A stretch of DNA of 64,000 nucleotides from contig JBMOJP010000003.1 of assembly GCA_049315725.1 (NCBI GenBank), positions 7,909-71,908 on the forward strand. The letters are read 5' to 3'. The notes under the pieces were generated by a model, which was not told the origin of the DNA, made no database searches, and worked only from the letters and a program-made list of their open reading frames with translations. Positions 46,055 to 55,691 of the stretch are shown here, one piece after another. Within the stretch, counting starts at the first letter, position 1, and each line of letters opens with the position of its first letter. Source of the DNA: Chthoniobacterales bacterium (GTDB taxonomy: Bacteria > Verrucomicrobiota > Verrucomicrobiia > Chthoniobacterales > JACTMZ01). The position numbers were made by a program, and so were the translations under genes.

Positions 46055-48385
46055 ATGCATCTGCTACGCGCCCTGGCACTCTCCGCCGTCGTGGCCTTGG
46101 CCGCTGGACAGACTGTCCGCGCTCAAGACGACTCCGCGCGGGCTTTTTTCTCCGCCTACCAGGAATACCAGCGGGCCGAGCGTTTCGAGCGCGAGGGCCA
46201 GACCGCCGAGGCCATTGCGAAATTCCGTTTTGTTGTCACCCAGTTGAGCCAGATGAAGGAGCAGCATCCGGGCTGGCAACCGCTGGTGGTTGATTTCCGT
46301 CTGCGCAAGGCGCAGGAGGCCATCGTCCGTTTGGAGGGCACCCTTGATTCCGGGACGATGGGACCGCCGCCGGACCTTGCCGTGACCGACGGGATGGACG
46401 GGGTCGAAGATGTGCTCCCGCCTGTGCGGCCGGCCCGGGCGGAGTCCAGCGGTGCGCCCCCGACCATTTCTATTTCGCCACCGCATGAGGATGCACCGGC
46501 GGACGCGCCCCCCACCCGCCGTGAGCCCAAGGTTGATTCTGCCGGGGCCGAGTCGGTGAGGAACCAGCTTGCGGCGGAGAAGGCCCGCAGTAAGGACTTA
46601 GAAAACAAGCTGACCCAGAGCGACGCCGAATTGAGCAATGTCAGCATGGAGTTGGAGAAGACCAAGGTCGCCTTGGTTGATCTTAACACGCAGCTTCGTC
46701 AGTTGAAGGAGTCCGGCGCTGCCACCACGCCGGCGGCCGACGCCGCCAAGGGCGAAGTTGAACGCCTGACGGCGCGATCCAAGGAGCTGGAGGAAAGCCT
46801 GGCCTCGGCCCAGCAGGAAAAAACAGACTTGGTGGAGCGAGCGACCGAGAATGCGAAGCAGCTTGAGTCCATCACTGCAGAATTGCAGACAGCCAAGACT
46901 GAGAGCGAAACCGCCAAGGCACGTGCGGGCGAGCTCGAACAGGAGCGCGATGGTTTGGTCTCGGCCCGGGACGAGGCTCTGGGAAAATTGACCGCCGCGG
47001 AGCAGGAGACCGAGACAGCCAAGGCGCGGGTCGGGGAGCTGGAGCAGGAGCGCGAAACCCTCATCGCCGCACGGGACGAAGCGCTGAAACAGGCGGCCGA
47101 AGCCAAGACGGCGCTGGAAAAATCCGCTGAGCTGATCGAGGCCAACCGCCAGCTTGAAACCAAGCTGGCCGAGGCCGCGACCAAGATTTCTGGCATGGAG
47201 AGCGACGTGACGGCCAAGAATGAGGTCATTACCGGATTGCAGACCGATCTCGACAAGGTCCGCACGGAACTGGCCGAGGCCCAGACCAAGCTCAAGGATG
47301 ACCGCGCCCGGTTTGATCAACTGCAGGCCGTCAACGACCAACTGCTCAAAGAATATGACGATGTCAACGGCGCTCTCGCTGCCGTCAAACTCGGGGATGT
47401 CACGGCGGCCGAGGCCAAGCTCATCCAGCAGGAGAACGAAGTTCTGCGCGGTATCATCATGCGCCAGATCAAAGAGCAGGCGCGACGCGAACAGGCTTAC
47501 CGATTGGCCCAGGAAGAAATGGAGCGTCTGGAGATTCGCTCCGACACGCTCAACGACAAAATCAACGAGCTAGCCAAGCCCACTCTCGAGCTGACCGAGG
47601 CCGAGCAGGAAATGCTCAAGCGGCCCGTCGTGACCTTGCTTGATGCGGATGCGGCGAAGATGACCGTGCAAGTCGAGGTCCTGAAGCCGAAGGTGCCGGG
47701 GATGGAGGCAGACACCACCGGGACGATGCCGGATGGCCAGCCCGCCGGCCCAAGTGAAGCCGAGCCGACGAAAGACCAAGGCTCGGTCGCGGCCGAATCC
47801 CTCAGCACCGAACCATCGCCCGAGGCCCTGGCGCTCATCGCCCAGGCGCGGGACGAGTTTGTCAAAGGCAACTTTGCCCAGGCCGAGCAGCTTTATCAGA
47901 AGTTCCTCGAGAAAGAGCCGGGCAATGTGGTTGCGCTGGCCAACCTCGGCGTGGCCCAGTTCCGCCAGGGCAAGCTGACCGCCGCGCAGTTGGCTCTGGA
48001 GAAGGCGGTCAAGGTCGATCCCACGGATGCCTTCACCCTCACGACTCTCGGTGCGGTCATGATCGAGCAAGGGCGCATTGAGGACGCGATCGTCTATCTG
48101 AAAAGAGCGAATGACTCGGTGGTGGACGACCCGATCACCCTGAATTACCTCGGGGTGGCCTCAAGCCAGATCGGCCAGTTCGGCGAGGCGGAGAAAGCTC
48201 TGCGCCGCGCCATCACGGTCAAGCCGGATTACGCCGAGGCGCACTTCAATCTCGCCGTCATCTACGCCACGGCCAAGCCGCCCTCGATTGCCTTGGCCAA
48301 GCGCCATTACGAGAAAGCGCTCGAGCTGGGGGCCGGCCCGGACAAACGCCTCGCCTCCCTCCTGCAAAGCAGCCCCGGAAGCTGA
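46055..48385 (+). CDS. Secreted coiled-coil / TPR repeat protein
   Basis: Signal peptide (LLRALALSAVVALAAGQTVRA), ~350 aa of heptad-rich E/A/K/L/Q sequence, and C-terminal TPR units (ALANLGVAQFRQGKL..., YAEAHFNLAVIY). Confidence 0.8.
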   Translation: MHLLRALALSAVVALAAGQTVRAQDDSARAFFSAYQEYQRAERFEREGQTAEAIAKFRFVVTQLSQMKEQHPGWQPLVVDFRLRKAQEAIVRLEGTLDSGTMGPPPDLAVTDGMDGVEDVLPPVRPARAESSGAPPTISISPPHEDAPADAPPTRREPKVDSAGAESVRNQLAAEKARSKDLENKLTQSDAELSNVSMELEKTKVALVDLNTQLRQLKESGAATTPAADAAKGEVERLTARSKELEESLASAQQEKTDLVERATENAKQLESITAELQTAKTESETAKARAGELEQERDGLVSARDEALGKLTAAEQETETAKARVGELEQERETLIAARDEALKQAAEAKTALEKSAELIEANRQLETKLAEAATKISGMESDVTAKNEVITGLQTDLDKVRTELAEAQTKLKDDRARFDQLQAVNDQLLKEYDDVNGALAAVKLGDVTAAEAKLIQQENEVLRGIIMRQIKEQARREQAYRLAQEEMERLEIRSDTLNDKINELAKPTLELTEAEQEMLKRPVVTLLDADAAKMTVQVEVLKPKVPGMEADTTGTMPDGQPAGPSEAEPTKDQGSVAAESLSTEPSPEALALIAQARDEFVKGNFAQAEQLYQKFLEKEPGNVVALANLGVAQFRQGKLTAAQLALEKAVKVDPTDAFTLTTLGAVMIEQGRIEDAIVYLKRANDSVVDDPITLNYLGVASSQIGQFGEAEKALRRAITVKPDYAEAHFNLAVIYATAKPPSIALAKRHYEKALELGAGPDKRLASLLQSSPGS
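46907..47116 (+). repeat. 105-bp (35-codon) tandem duplication inside the coiled-coil gene
   Basis: ETAKARAGELEQERDGLVSARDEAL... (from 46907) aligns with ETAKARVGELEQERETLIAARDEAL... (from 47012). Confidence 0.8.
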
Positions 48386-48400
48386 TGCTCCCGAGAACTC

Positions 48401-51400
48401 TCAGGGCACGATTGTCTCTACCCGGAGGAAGCCCTTTGGCCCGTCGAGTGGCATCGATACTTCGTAACGGGTGTAGTCGGCGGACGGAAGCCCGGCTTGG
48501 TCAGCAGCAACGTTGGGCTTGAGCACTCCATCGAAGCCGATGGCTGGATCGGCCGAGGTTCGCACGATGTAGCTGACTCCCATGCGTTGGAGAAAAGTCA
48601 CCCGAAGGACGTTGCCTGCAACCGTGGATGAAAAGAGACGTCCGTCCGGCAGCTTGGGGTTCAGGCCGAAAGCAAATTCCTGCGCATTGCTCCATCCATC
48701 GCGATCGGGGTCTGCCGAGGGCAGAGCTTCCTGGTTGGCCAGCCCACGATTGAGGATCCAGGTGGAGAATGGAGCAGGGGAGATCACGATCGTGCGTGTC
48801 GCGGTGGCCGTGTTTCCGGCGACATCGCTGGCCGCATAGGTGATGGTATAGTTTCCCGGGACAGCGGTGTTGACGGAACCGCTGACAGTCACCGGGCGCA
48901 CGCCGTTCACCGCGTCGGTTGCGGTGGCGCCGGCTTCGATGTAGGGCGTTCCAGTTGTGAGATTGACTGTGGTCCCGCCGTTCAGAGTGATGACTGGCGG
49001 GGTCTGGTCCAAGGCGCGCAACGTGGCAATGTAAGTGCTGTTTCCCGTGTTGCTTCCAACGCCAAAAGTCAGCGATCGGGCATCCGCAGCCTGCCCGCCG
49101 CCGGCAGAGTAAAAGTCGGTTAGATTCGAGTTGGCGTTGACCACATAGCCGTAAGTGCGGTTGCTGCTCAGAGAATTCGAAGAACGCAGTTTTTTGCCGG
49201 TAAACGCCGAGTATTGGCTGCCCGCGCTCCCCATGGCCAAGTCATGAATTCCACCGGCCACGCCTCCGAGGCCAGTCCCCGCTGCTTTGATCATGACCAT
49301 GTCGGTATTCTGCAGATCGAAGCTGCCTCCCGCGTTGGTGAATGCTCCGGTGTTTCCCAAATTGACGCGCAGGACGAAATCGGAGCCATCCAAATCCTCC
49401 GGGGATGTTGTGCCGGACGAAACGACGATCAAGGTGCCGGCTTTGACCGAGGACCAAAGCGGAATGTCCTTGAAGACATATAGGCCGCCAGAATCTGCAC
49501 CCATGTTTGACGCAAAATCCTTGAGCACCATGCTCCGCAGATTCACCGCCGGACCGCTCGCCGCGTCGGTGCTGTCTCCGATGACGAGTAACTCGACCGC
49601 GTCCGTGGAGGAGTTCTGAAATTTGTTGATCACGACACTGAGGGGTTGGGCCGCTTGCTCTGCCGCCGAGACGACGCGAAGCGCGTAGTTGGCGTTGCTG
49701 GTTCCATCTGCATTCGAGGCGGAGATCGTAAAGCTGTAGGAGCCCGCTGCGGCCACGGTTCCGGTGATGACACCGGTTGAAGGATTGACCGTGAGGCCGG
49801 ATGGCAGGTTGGCGGCGGCGTATCCCGTGATTGGAAGATCTCCCCCTGCCGTAATGGAGTAGCTGAAACTTCCGCCGGCATAGGCCGATCCGCTGAGCAT
49901 GGAGGTGATGGGTGGTCCAACCGGAAGCACGACGGCCCCGAACAACGCCAGTCCTTGCGGAGCGACTCCTCCGCCGGTGTGATTGATGAAATCATTGTAG
50001 AGGCCGACCCCTGCGGTCGCGAGCAGGCGCACCTCCACTTCGCGGCCGACGATTCGGCCGTTGACCGGGGACACGGTGAGAACGGGAGTAAAGGTCAGGC
50101 CGTCCAGGCTCAGTTCGTATCCCGCCGGGGCGGTGATGGTGATCGGCCCGCTGAGGTTGGCCCCGCTCACGGTGTAACGCTGGACAAACGACGCGGTGCC
50201 TGCCTTCGTCGTGAAGCCGAGCAGTTCGGTCACCGAGAGCCCGAGCGTGGGTTCAGTGGCCTGAACGGTGCCGGTCAGGGCCAGATACTTCGGTGTTGCC
50301 CCGCTTCCTGTATGGGTGATCGAGCCGGAGTTCTCGCCGAGCGGGGCGGCTGCGGCCATGCGGGCCTGGATAGTCGCGGTGACAGTGCCGTTCGCATTCG
50401 GGGTGAATGAGAGCGCATCAACAAAGGTTGTGCCGTCGGTGCTGATCTCAAAGCCTCCTGGGGCGAACGCCGTGACCGGAGAACTTAGATCGCTGCCGCT
50501 TATGGTGTAGGTCTGGACGGAGCTGGCAAATCCAAGGTTCGCACTGAAGGGGTTCAAGCTGGAAGACGACAATTCGAGCAGCGGAGCGCGGACCGTGACG
50601 ACCAGGGTTCTGGTGTCGCCGCCCAGGGCGTTGGAAGCGGTGATGCTGACATTGGCTGATCCTGCCGTAGTAGGCGTGCCGATGATCGTTCCCGTTGCAG
50701 GGTCGATGTCCAAGCCGACTGGGAGGTTGGCCGCGAGATAGGTCGTGGGTGAGTTGCTGGCAGTGATCTGGTAAGAAAATGCGACGCCGACCTGTGCGGA
50801 GGCCGTGAGGGCGCTGGTGATCACCGGGGCGTTGGGGTCAGGCGCGACCGTGAGGAGGAGCGTGCCCGCCCCGTCGCCGGCCGCGTTGCTGGCCGTCAGA
50901 AGTATGGTGTAGGTTCCCGCGGCTGCGGGAGTTCCGGAGATGATGCCGGTCGTTGGATTCACGGAAAGCCCCTCGGGCAGGTTTGAGGCGGCAAAGTTGG
51001 TGGGGCTGTTGTTCGCCGTGATTTGGTAGGAGAACGTCTGGTGCGCTGTGGCGAAAGCGGTGGAGGAACTGGTGATGACCGGAGCCAAGGGCACCGCGAC
51101 AGCCGTTGAGACGGTGACTTTCAAGTCGTCAATGCGCCAGTTCGCAGTGCTCGTGGTCGGGGCCCCCGTGCCGCCGTAGCCGTAAAGGCGGAACGTGGTG
51201 GCTGAGGAAAAAGTTCCGGGAAGGTTTGCATGGGTCTTCAGCGTCCAGGCGCTGTTGTTGGAAATCGATCCCGTGACGATGTCCGTCGTGTAGTTGTCCA
51301 CCGAGCTCCTCAGCGCATAGGCCTGCGGTCCCGTGCCTGTGCTGCGGGTTCCGAGGGAAAGACCGGGGAAGGTGAAGGTCTGGCCGGCTGAGGGTGTGAC

Positions 51401-53398
51401 CGTGAATTCAAAATAAGCGCTTCCGCCTGTCGCCGTGTTCAACGCTCCGATACGTGCGGCCGCCCCGGCATTGCTGGTGCCGCTTGCGCCCGTGTAGCCG
51501 CTGGAGGCCGAGGCCGTTGTCAGCATGGTCGTGGTGCCATTGTTGTTGCCTTGGGCCACGGCGCTGACCGTCAGCGTTGCGGTTGACGCCGGGGTTGGGG
51601 TGGCTTGGACAAAGTCCCACGCGAAGGCCGCGGTCTCGCCCGAGCCCGGAGGCACGACGGAACCGGTGACCGCGAGATCTTGGCGGCTTGCTCCCCCGCC
51701 CGAGTGACTGATCGTCCCGGACACCGGTCCCGACGACGATGAGGCGCTCAGCCGCACATAAAGCGGCACGTTGGCCAAAGCGCCGCCGACGGGTGAGATT
51801 GTCTGGCTGGATGCGAAGGACGTGCCGTCTTGACTGACCTCATAGCCGGCGGATGCAGTCACGGCAATCGTTCCGGTCAGGTTGCCACCCGATACGCTGT
51901 AGCTTCGACTTGCGCCCGCACTCCCTTGCACCGCGCTGAAGCTCCCGAGGCTGTTGGTCGAGAGGGCGAGGTAGGGCGACGCTGAGGTTACCGTGCCGCT
52001 GAGCGAAAGACTGCGCGTTGCGGCCCCGGGACTTTGGTGGGTCACCGAGCCGCTGAGCGCGCCGAGCGGGGCGGTGGATTTGATGCGCACGTAAATCTGG
52101 CTTCCCAGATTTCCATCGATGGCCGGGGTCAGGCTCAGGTTGGGAGAAAAGTTGGCGTTGTCTGTGCTGATTTCAAAATCCGCCGAAGCGGTGATGGTGA
52201 CCGCACTGGTAAGCAGGCTCCCGGTCACCGCGTAGATTTGGCTTGGTCCCGCAGCCCCTTGCGGCGCGGTCAAGCCGCCGAGGTTGATCGCGGATAAGTT
52301 GATGATCGGGCTCGTGCCGGCGGTGACGGTGAAGTCCTCGTAGCTTGTGTCTGTGCCGCCGGGGCCGGTGACCGTGATGGCGCCCGTCGTGGCTCCGACC
52401 GGCACGGTGGCGGTGATGCTGTTGCTGGTCACGGCGGTGACAGAGGCCGGGCTGCCGTTGAAGGCCACGACCGGGGAGGGGCCGAAGTTGTATCCTGAGA
52501 TGACCACCGAGGATCCCGGCGGCCCGAGAGTGGGGTTGAAGGTAGTCAGCACAGTGGGCGTGTTGGGGCCGTTTCCGGTGTCGATCACGTTCTTGAGGTA
52601 GATCGCCACCGACGGGTCCATCGCGGTGAAAAAGTTCAGACCAGTGACATTTTCGATCGCTTCAACCGAGGTGATGTAACTCTGCCAGGTTCCCAGACCT
52701 GTGTTCACGTTGGGCGTGAGTATGGCGATAACCCGGGCCCCGGTGGTCGCGCGTTGATTTGCGGGGGTGGTGCTGCTTGCGCCGGGAATTTCCACGACGA
52801 TTTTCCACACGAAGCCGGGCGTGGCCATCTGGTTGGCCAGACGCGCCCCGGTGAACTGGGCCGGCCCAGACATGATCACAACCTCATCGCCGTCGGCGGC
52901 CAAGGTTCGACAATAGGATTCGAAGTTGTTCCACAACCCCTGGTTGTTCTGCGAAGCCTGCGGGATGATGTTGCTCATCCGAAAGGTCACCTCGTTGTCT
53001 GGTGTCGTCTTCAATCGGTCGGCCGAGGGGCACATGTGGCCGCGATCCCATCCGGTGCCAAACGTGGCCGTGCCGATTTTGAGGAAGCCCGAAGGCAGGA
53101 GTTCCTCGACGGCCCAGGCATCCGTCCGGCTCGCTGGCCCGTCATCGCTCAGCGAGTAACTCCAACCAACCCAGTTTGCTTCGTGGGTGTCATCGTTGTA
53201 GGACAATGCGTATTGCGCCCTCTGGATCAGATAATTGGTGCGGCTGGCGGCAACCGTGACCGCACTGTCGGGATTGCCCAAGGGCGCCTGAAATTCAATC
53301 CCCAGCTTGGCCCGGGACACGGTGCTGGTTGCGACGAGCAGGAGAATCGACAACCAAAAACTCGTCTGGCGTCCCCACAGCTTGGCTAGTGCACTCAC
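48401..53398 (-). CDS. Giant secreted multidomain protein with N-terminal DNA/RNA non-specific endonuclease domain
   Basis: 1,665 aa. Signal peptide; nuclease active site WDRGHMCPSADR and NIIPQ; IPT/TIG-like; four ~110-aa repeats; three putative-Ig units (FSYQITA...NLP.GL); lamin-tail-like and DUF5011-like domains; DPDRDGWSNAQEFAFGLNP. Confidence 0.9.
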   Translation of the reverse strand: MSALAKLWGRQTSFWLSILLLVATSTVSRAKLGIEFQAPLGNPDSAVTVAASRTNYLIQRAQYALSYNDDTHEANWVGWSYSLSDDGPASRTDAWAVEELLPSGFLKIGTATFGTGWDRGHMCPSADRLKTTPDNEVTFRMSNIIPQASQNNQGLWNNFESYCRTLAADGDEVVIMSGPAQFTGARLANQMATPGFVWKIVVEIPGASSTTPANQRATTGARVIAILTPNVNTGLGTWQSYITSVEAIENVTGLNFFTAMDPSVAIYLKNVIDTGNGPNTPTVLTTFNPTLGPPGSSVVISGYNFGPSPVVAFNGSPASVTAVTSNSITATVPVGATTGAITVTGPGGTDTSYEDFTVTAGTSPIINLSAINLGGLTAPQGAAGPSQIYAVTGSLLTSAVTITASADFEISTDNANFSPNLSLTPAIDGNLGSQIYVRIKSTAPLGALSGSVTHQSPGAATRSLSLSGTVTSASPYLALSTNSLGSFSAVQGSAGASRSYSVSGGNLTGTIAVTASAGYEVSQDGTSFASSQTISPVGGALANVPLYVRLSASSSSGPVSGTISHSGGGASRQDLAVTGSVVPPGSGETAAFAWDFVQATPTPASTATLTVSAVAQGNNNGTTTMLTTASASSGYTGASGTSNAGAAARIGALNTATGGSAYFEFTVTPSAGQTFTFPGLSLGTRSTGTGPQAYALRSSVDNYTTDIVTGSISNNSAWTLKTHANLPGTFSSATTFRLYGYGGTGAPTTSTANWRIDDLKVTVSTAVAVPLAPVITSSSTAFATAHQTFSYQITANNSPTNFAASNLPEGLSVNPTTGIISGTPAAAGTYTILLTASNAAGDGAGTLLLTVAPDPNAPVITSALTASAQVGVAFSYQITASNSPTTYLAANLPVGLDIDPATGTIIGTPTTAGSANVSITASNALGGDTRTLVVTVRAPLLELSSSSLNPFSANLGFASSVQTYTISGSDLSSPVTAFAPGGFEISTDGTTFVDALSFTPNANGTVTATIQARMAAAAPLGENSGSITHTGSGATPKYLALTGTVQATEPTLGLSVTELLGFTTKAGTASFVQRYTVSGANLSGPITITAPAGYELSLDGLTFTPVLTVSPVNGRIVGREVEVRLLATAGVGLYNDFINHTGGGVAPQGLALFGAVVLPVGPPITSMLSGSAYAGGSFSYSITAGGDLPITGYAAANLPSGLTVNPSTGVITGTVAAAGSYSFTISASNADGTSNANYALRVVSAAEQAAQPLSVVINKFQNSSTDAVELLVIGDSTDAASGPAVNLRSMVLKDFASNMGADSGGLYVFKDIPLWSSVKAGTLIVVSSGTTSPEDLDGSDFVLRVNLGNTGAFTNAGGSFDLQNTDMVMIKAAGTGLGGVAGGIHDLAMGSAGSQYSAFTGKKLRSSNSLSSNRTYGYVVNANSNLTDFYSAGGGQAADARSLTFGVGSNTGNSTYIATLRALDQTPPVITLNGGTTVNLTTGTPYIEAGATATDAVNGVRPVTVSGSVNTAVPGNYTITYAASDVAGNTATATRTIVISPAPFSTWILNRGLANQEALPSADPDRDGWSNAQEFAFGLNPKLPDGRLFSSTVAGNVLRVTFLQRMGVSYIVRTSADPAIGFDGVLKPNVAADQAGLPSADYTRYEVSMPLDGPKGFLRVETIVP
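52613..53266 (-). other. Endonuclease_NS-like (Serratia NucA-type) catalytic domain of the giant protein
   Basis: aa ~45-262. DRGH is encoded at 53036-53047 (minus strand gat cgc ggc cac), followed by TFRMSNIIPQASQNNQGLWNNFE. Confidence 0.8.
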
Positions 53399-53557
53399 TT
53401 TTGTCTGGTTGTCTCGGCGGAATCCTGCGGAGCAAAAAAATGCCCACTATGAACCTAGACGAAGGGCTGCCGCAAGCAAGCCCTACAATTTCAACGACTT
53501 CCGCAAATGCGCTCGCAGAACCCCCTACGCGAGTCCTGATCCATCCTTCCTCAAGAC

Positions 53558-54688
53558 ATGGCATTGATCCTGCTCTATTTGTCCTGCGTGAAGCGCAAAA
53601 AGATCCAGAAAATCGGTGTCCTAACCAGCGGCGGGGACTGTCCCGGGCTCAACGCGGTGATCCGCGGGGTGGTTCGCGCCGCCCGCGAACAGGATTGGGA
53701 GGTCGTGGGTTTTGCCGACGGCTATGAGGGGATGCTTTCGCCGGTGCGTTACCGCAAACTCGATCCGAACGGGGTGGACAGCATTATGCCCATGGGCGGC
53801 ACCATTCTTGGCACGGTCAACCGCGGTCGTTTCGCCGCCAAGGTCGGAGAGGGCAAGAAGGCTCTCATTCCCAAGGCGATTCTCAGCGAAGCACGCGAGA
53901 CCTTCGAGGGCCTCGGGTTGGATGCGCTGGTTTGTATCGGTGGCGATGGCTCACTCAGCACCGCTTTGCAGCTGCAGGCCGCCGGCGTCCCGGTCGTCGG
54001 GGTCCCCAAGACGATTGACAATGACCTCTCCGCCACGGCCATGACCTTCGGCTTCGATTCCGCGGTCGAGGTTGTGGTTGATGCCCTCGACCGCCTGCAC
54101 ACGACGGCGCGAAGCCACAAGCGGATCATGGTCGTCGAGGTCATGGGGCGGCACGCGGGTTGGATCGCCCTGCATGGGGGCTTGGGTGGCGGGGCGGACG
54201 TGATCCTGATTCCGGAGATCCCCTACGAGATGGACAACCTTCTCAAGCTGCTGCGCCAGCGCCGTGCCGACGGCTTCGGCAGCACCATGATCGTCGTGGC
54301 CGAGGGCGCGAAGGAGGCGGGGCGCAAGCTGGTGACCAAGGAGGCAAAATTGCGCGGGGCCGGCGAAGTGCGGCTCGGGGGTGTCGGCGAACAACTGGCT
54401 GAGCGCCTCGAGGCCGCGACGGATCAGGAAGCCAGATTCGTCACCCTGGGCCACCTGCAGCGAGGCGGCACGCCGAGCGCGCTGGACCGAATCCTCGCCA
54501 CGCGTTTCGGCGTTGGCGCGGTGCGGCTGATCGCGGCAGGAAAATTTGGCCACATGGTCAGCTATTTGAACTACCAAGTTGGTGGCGTTCCCATCGCGCA
54601 AGCGGTGCGAAAGTTGCGCACCGTCGAGCCTGGCTCGGAGACCGTGGCGGCCTGCCGGTCGGTCGGGATCTCTTTTGGCGACCGCTAA
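53558..54688 (+). CDS. pfk: 6-phosphofructokinase (phosphoryl donor not resolvable by eye)
   Basis: GVLTSGGDCPGLNAVIRG, IGGDGS, PKTIDND, MGRHAG. The start may be GTG 53588 rather than ATG 53558. Confidence 0.9.
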   Translation: MALILLYLSCVKRKKIQKIGVLTSGGDCPGLNAVIRGVVRAAREQDWEVVGFADGYEGMLSPVRYRKLDPNGVDSIMPMGGTILGTVNRGRFAAKVGEGKKALIPKAILSEARETFEGLGLDALVCIGGDGSLSTALQLQAAGVPVVGVPKTIDNDLSATAMTFGFDSAVEVVVDALDRLHTTARSHKRIMVVEVMGRHAGWIALHGGLGGGADVILIPEIPYEMDNLLKLLRQRRADGFGSTMIVVAEGAKEAGRKLVTKEAKLRGAGEVRLGGVGEQLAERLEAATDQEARFVTLGHLQRGGTPSALDRILATRFGVGAVRLIAAGKFGHMVSYLNYQVGGVPIAQAVRKLRTVEPGSETVAACRSVGISFGDR

Positions 54689-54724
54689 AGCCAGCTCCGC
54701 ACGGGCCGCGGGCGGGCTGCCTGA

Positions 54725-54979
54725 CTAACAGTCGGCGTTCTCGCAGGAGGCATCGACGCGGTCAGCGGCCGCTTCGAGTTGCAGCATGAGGTCATGCAAG
54801 GCCGACCAGCATCCCGCGATGTCCGGTCCCCATTCCCCCTCTAAACCTTCGAGCTTGGCATTGGGCGACGGGTGGCAGGCCAGATTTTCCTCGATGAGAC
54901 AGACGGCCGTGCGCAGCGCCGGACCATGGTAGGGGAGGTGAAGTTTGAGTTCGTGGGCGAGATCCGTGGTCTTCGGCAT
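54725..54979 (-). CDS. Small hypothetical Cys-containing protein
   Basis: 84 aa, GC3-rich codons, 5 Cys, no recognisable family. Last gene of the ilvD-HAD minus-strand array. Confidence 0.45.
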   Translation of the reverse strand: MPKTTDLAHELKLHLPYHGPALRTAVCLIEENLACHPSPNAKLEGLEGEWGPDIAGCWSALHDLMLQLEAAADRVDASCENADC

Positions 54980-55025
54980 ACGACTTCAATCTTTCACTGT
55001 TTGCCCGTGCAGGCAAGCGGTCGGG

Positions 55026-55691
55026 TCAAGATTTTTTCCCCCGCACCAAGGCGCGGATCACGTCCGGGGTGATCCCGACCAAACTGGCCACGGCCAGGTC
55101 CGCCTCCTGCAGGGCCTCAAGCGTGTTGGTCGTGGCCACGGCCAAAGTTTTCATCCCCGCCCGGCGGGCCGCCTCCAGGCCGACGAAGGCGTCCTCGATG
55201 ACCACGCAGGCGCCGGGTTGGGCCCCCAAACGCTGCGCCGCGAGCAGGAAAATGGCCGGGTCGGGCTTGCCGTGCTGGACCTCTTCACCCGAGACAATCG
55301 CGTCGAAAAACGGCCGAAAATCCATCAGGTCGAGCAGTAAATCGAGATTTGCGCGCTCCGTCGAAGAACCGATGGCCCGGGGCACGCCTGCGGCCTGCAG
55401 CGAGATCAACAGTTCCCGCACGCCGGGCAGGGGCTCGATGCCATGCTCGCGGACGAGGGAGCGGTAAATTGTTTCCTTTTCGTGAGCCAGGGCCCCGACT
55501 TCGTCCGGCGCCGTCGCCCAGCCGAGATCTGGAATGATGATGTTGTTCTTTTTGCCGAAGCCGCGTTTGAAGTGGTCCGATGGCAGGGGCAGCCCACGGC
55601 GCGAAGCGAGAACTTCCCAACTCCGTTCGTGATGGGCCGAGGAGTCAACGACCACCCCATCCCAGTCGAAGATGACCGCGACTTCGGTCAC
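55026..55691 (-). CDS. HAD-superfamily hydrolase (beta-phosphoglucomutase-like)
   Basis: Motif I ([10 protein letters not shown]), motif II (GSST) and motif IV-like (VVIEDAFVG). Confidence 0.85.
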   Translation of the reverse strand: MTEVAVIFDWDGVVVDSSAHHERSWEVLASRRGLPLPSDHFKRGFGKKNNIIIPDLGWATAPDEVGALAHEKETIYRSLVREHGIEPLPGVRELLISLQAAGVPRAIGSSTERANLDLLLDLMDFRPFFDAIVSGEEVQHGKPDPAIFLLAAQRLGAQPGACVVIEDAFVGLEAARRAGMKTLAVATTNTLEALQEADLAVASLVGITPDVIRALVRGKKS

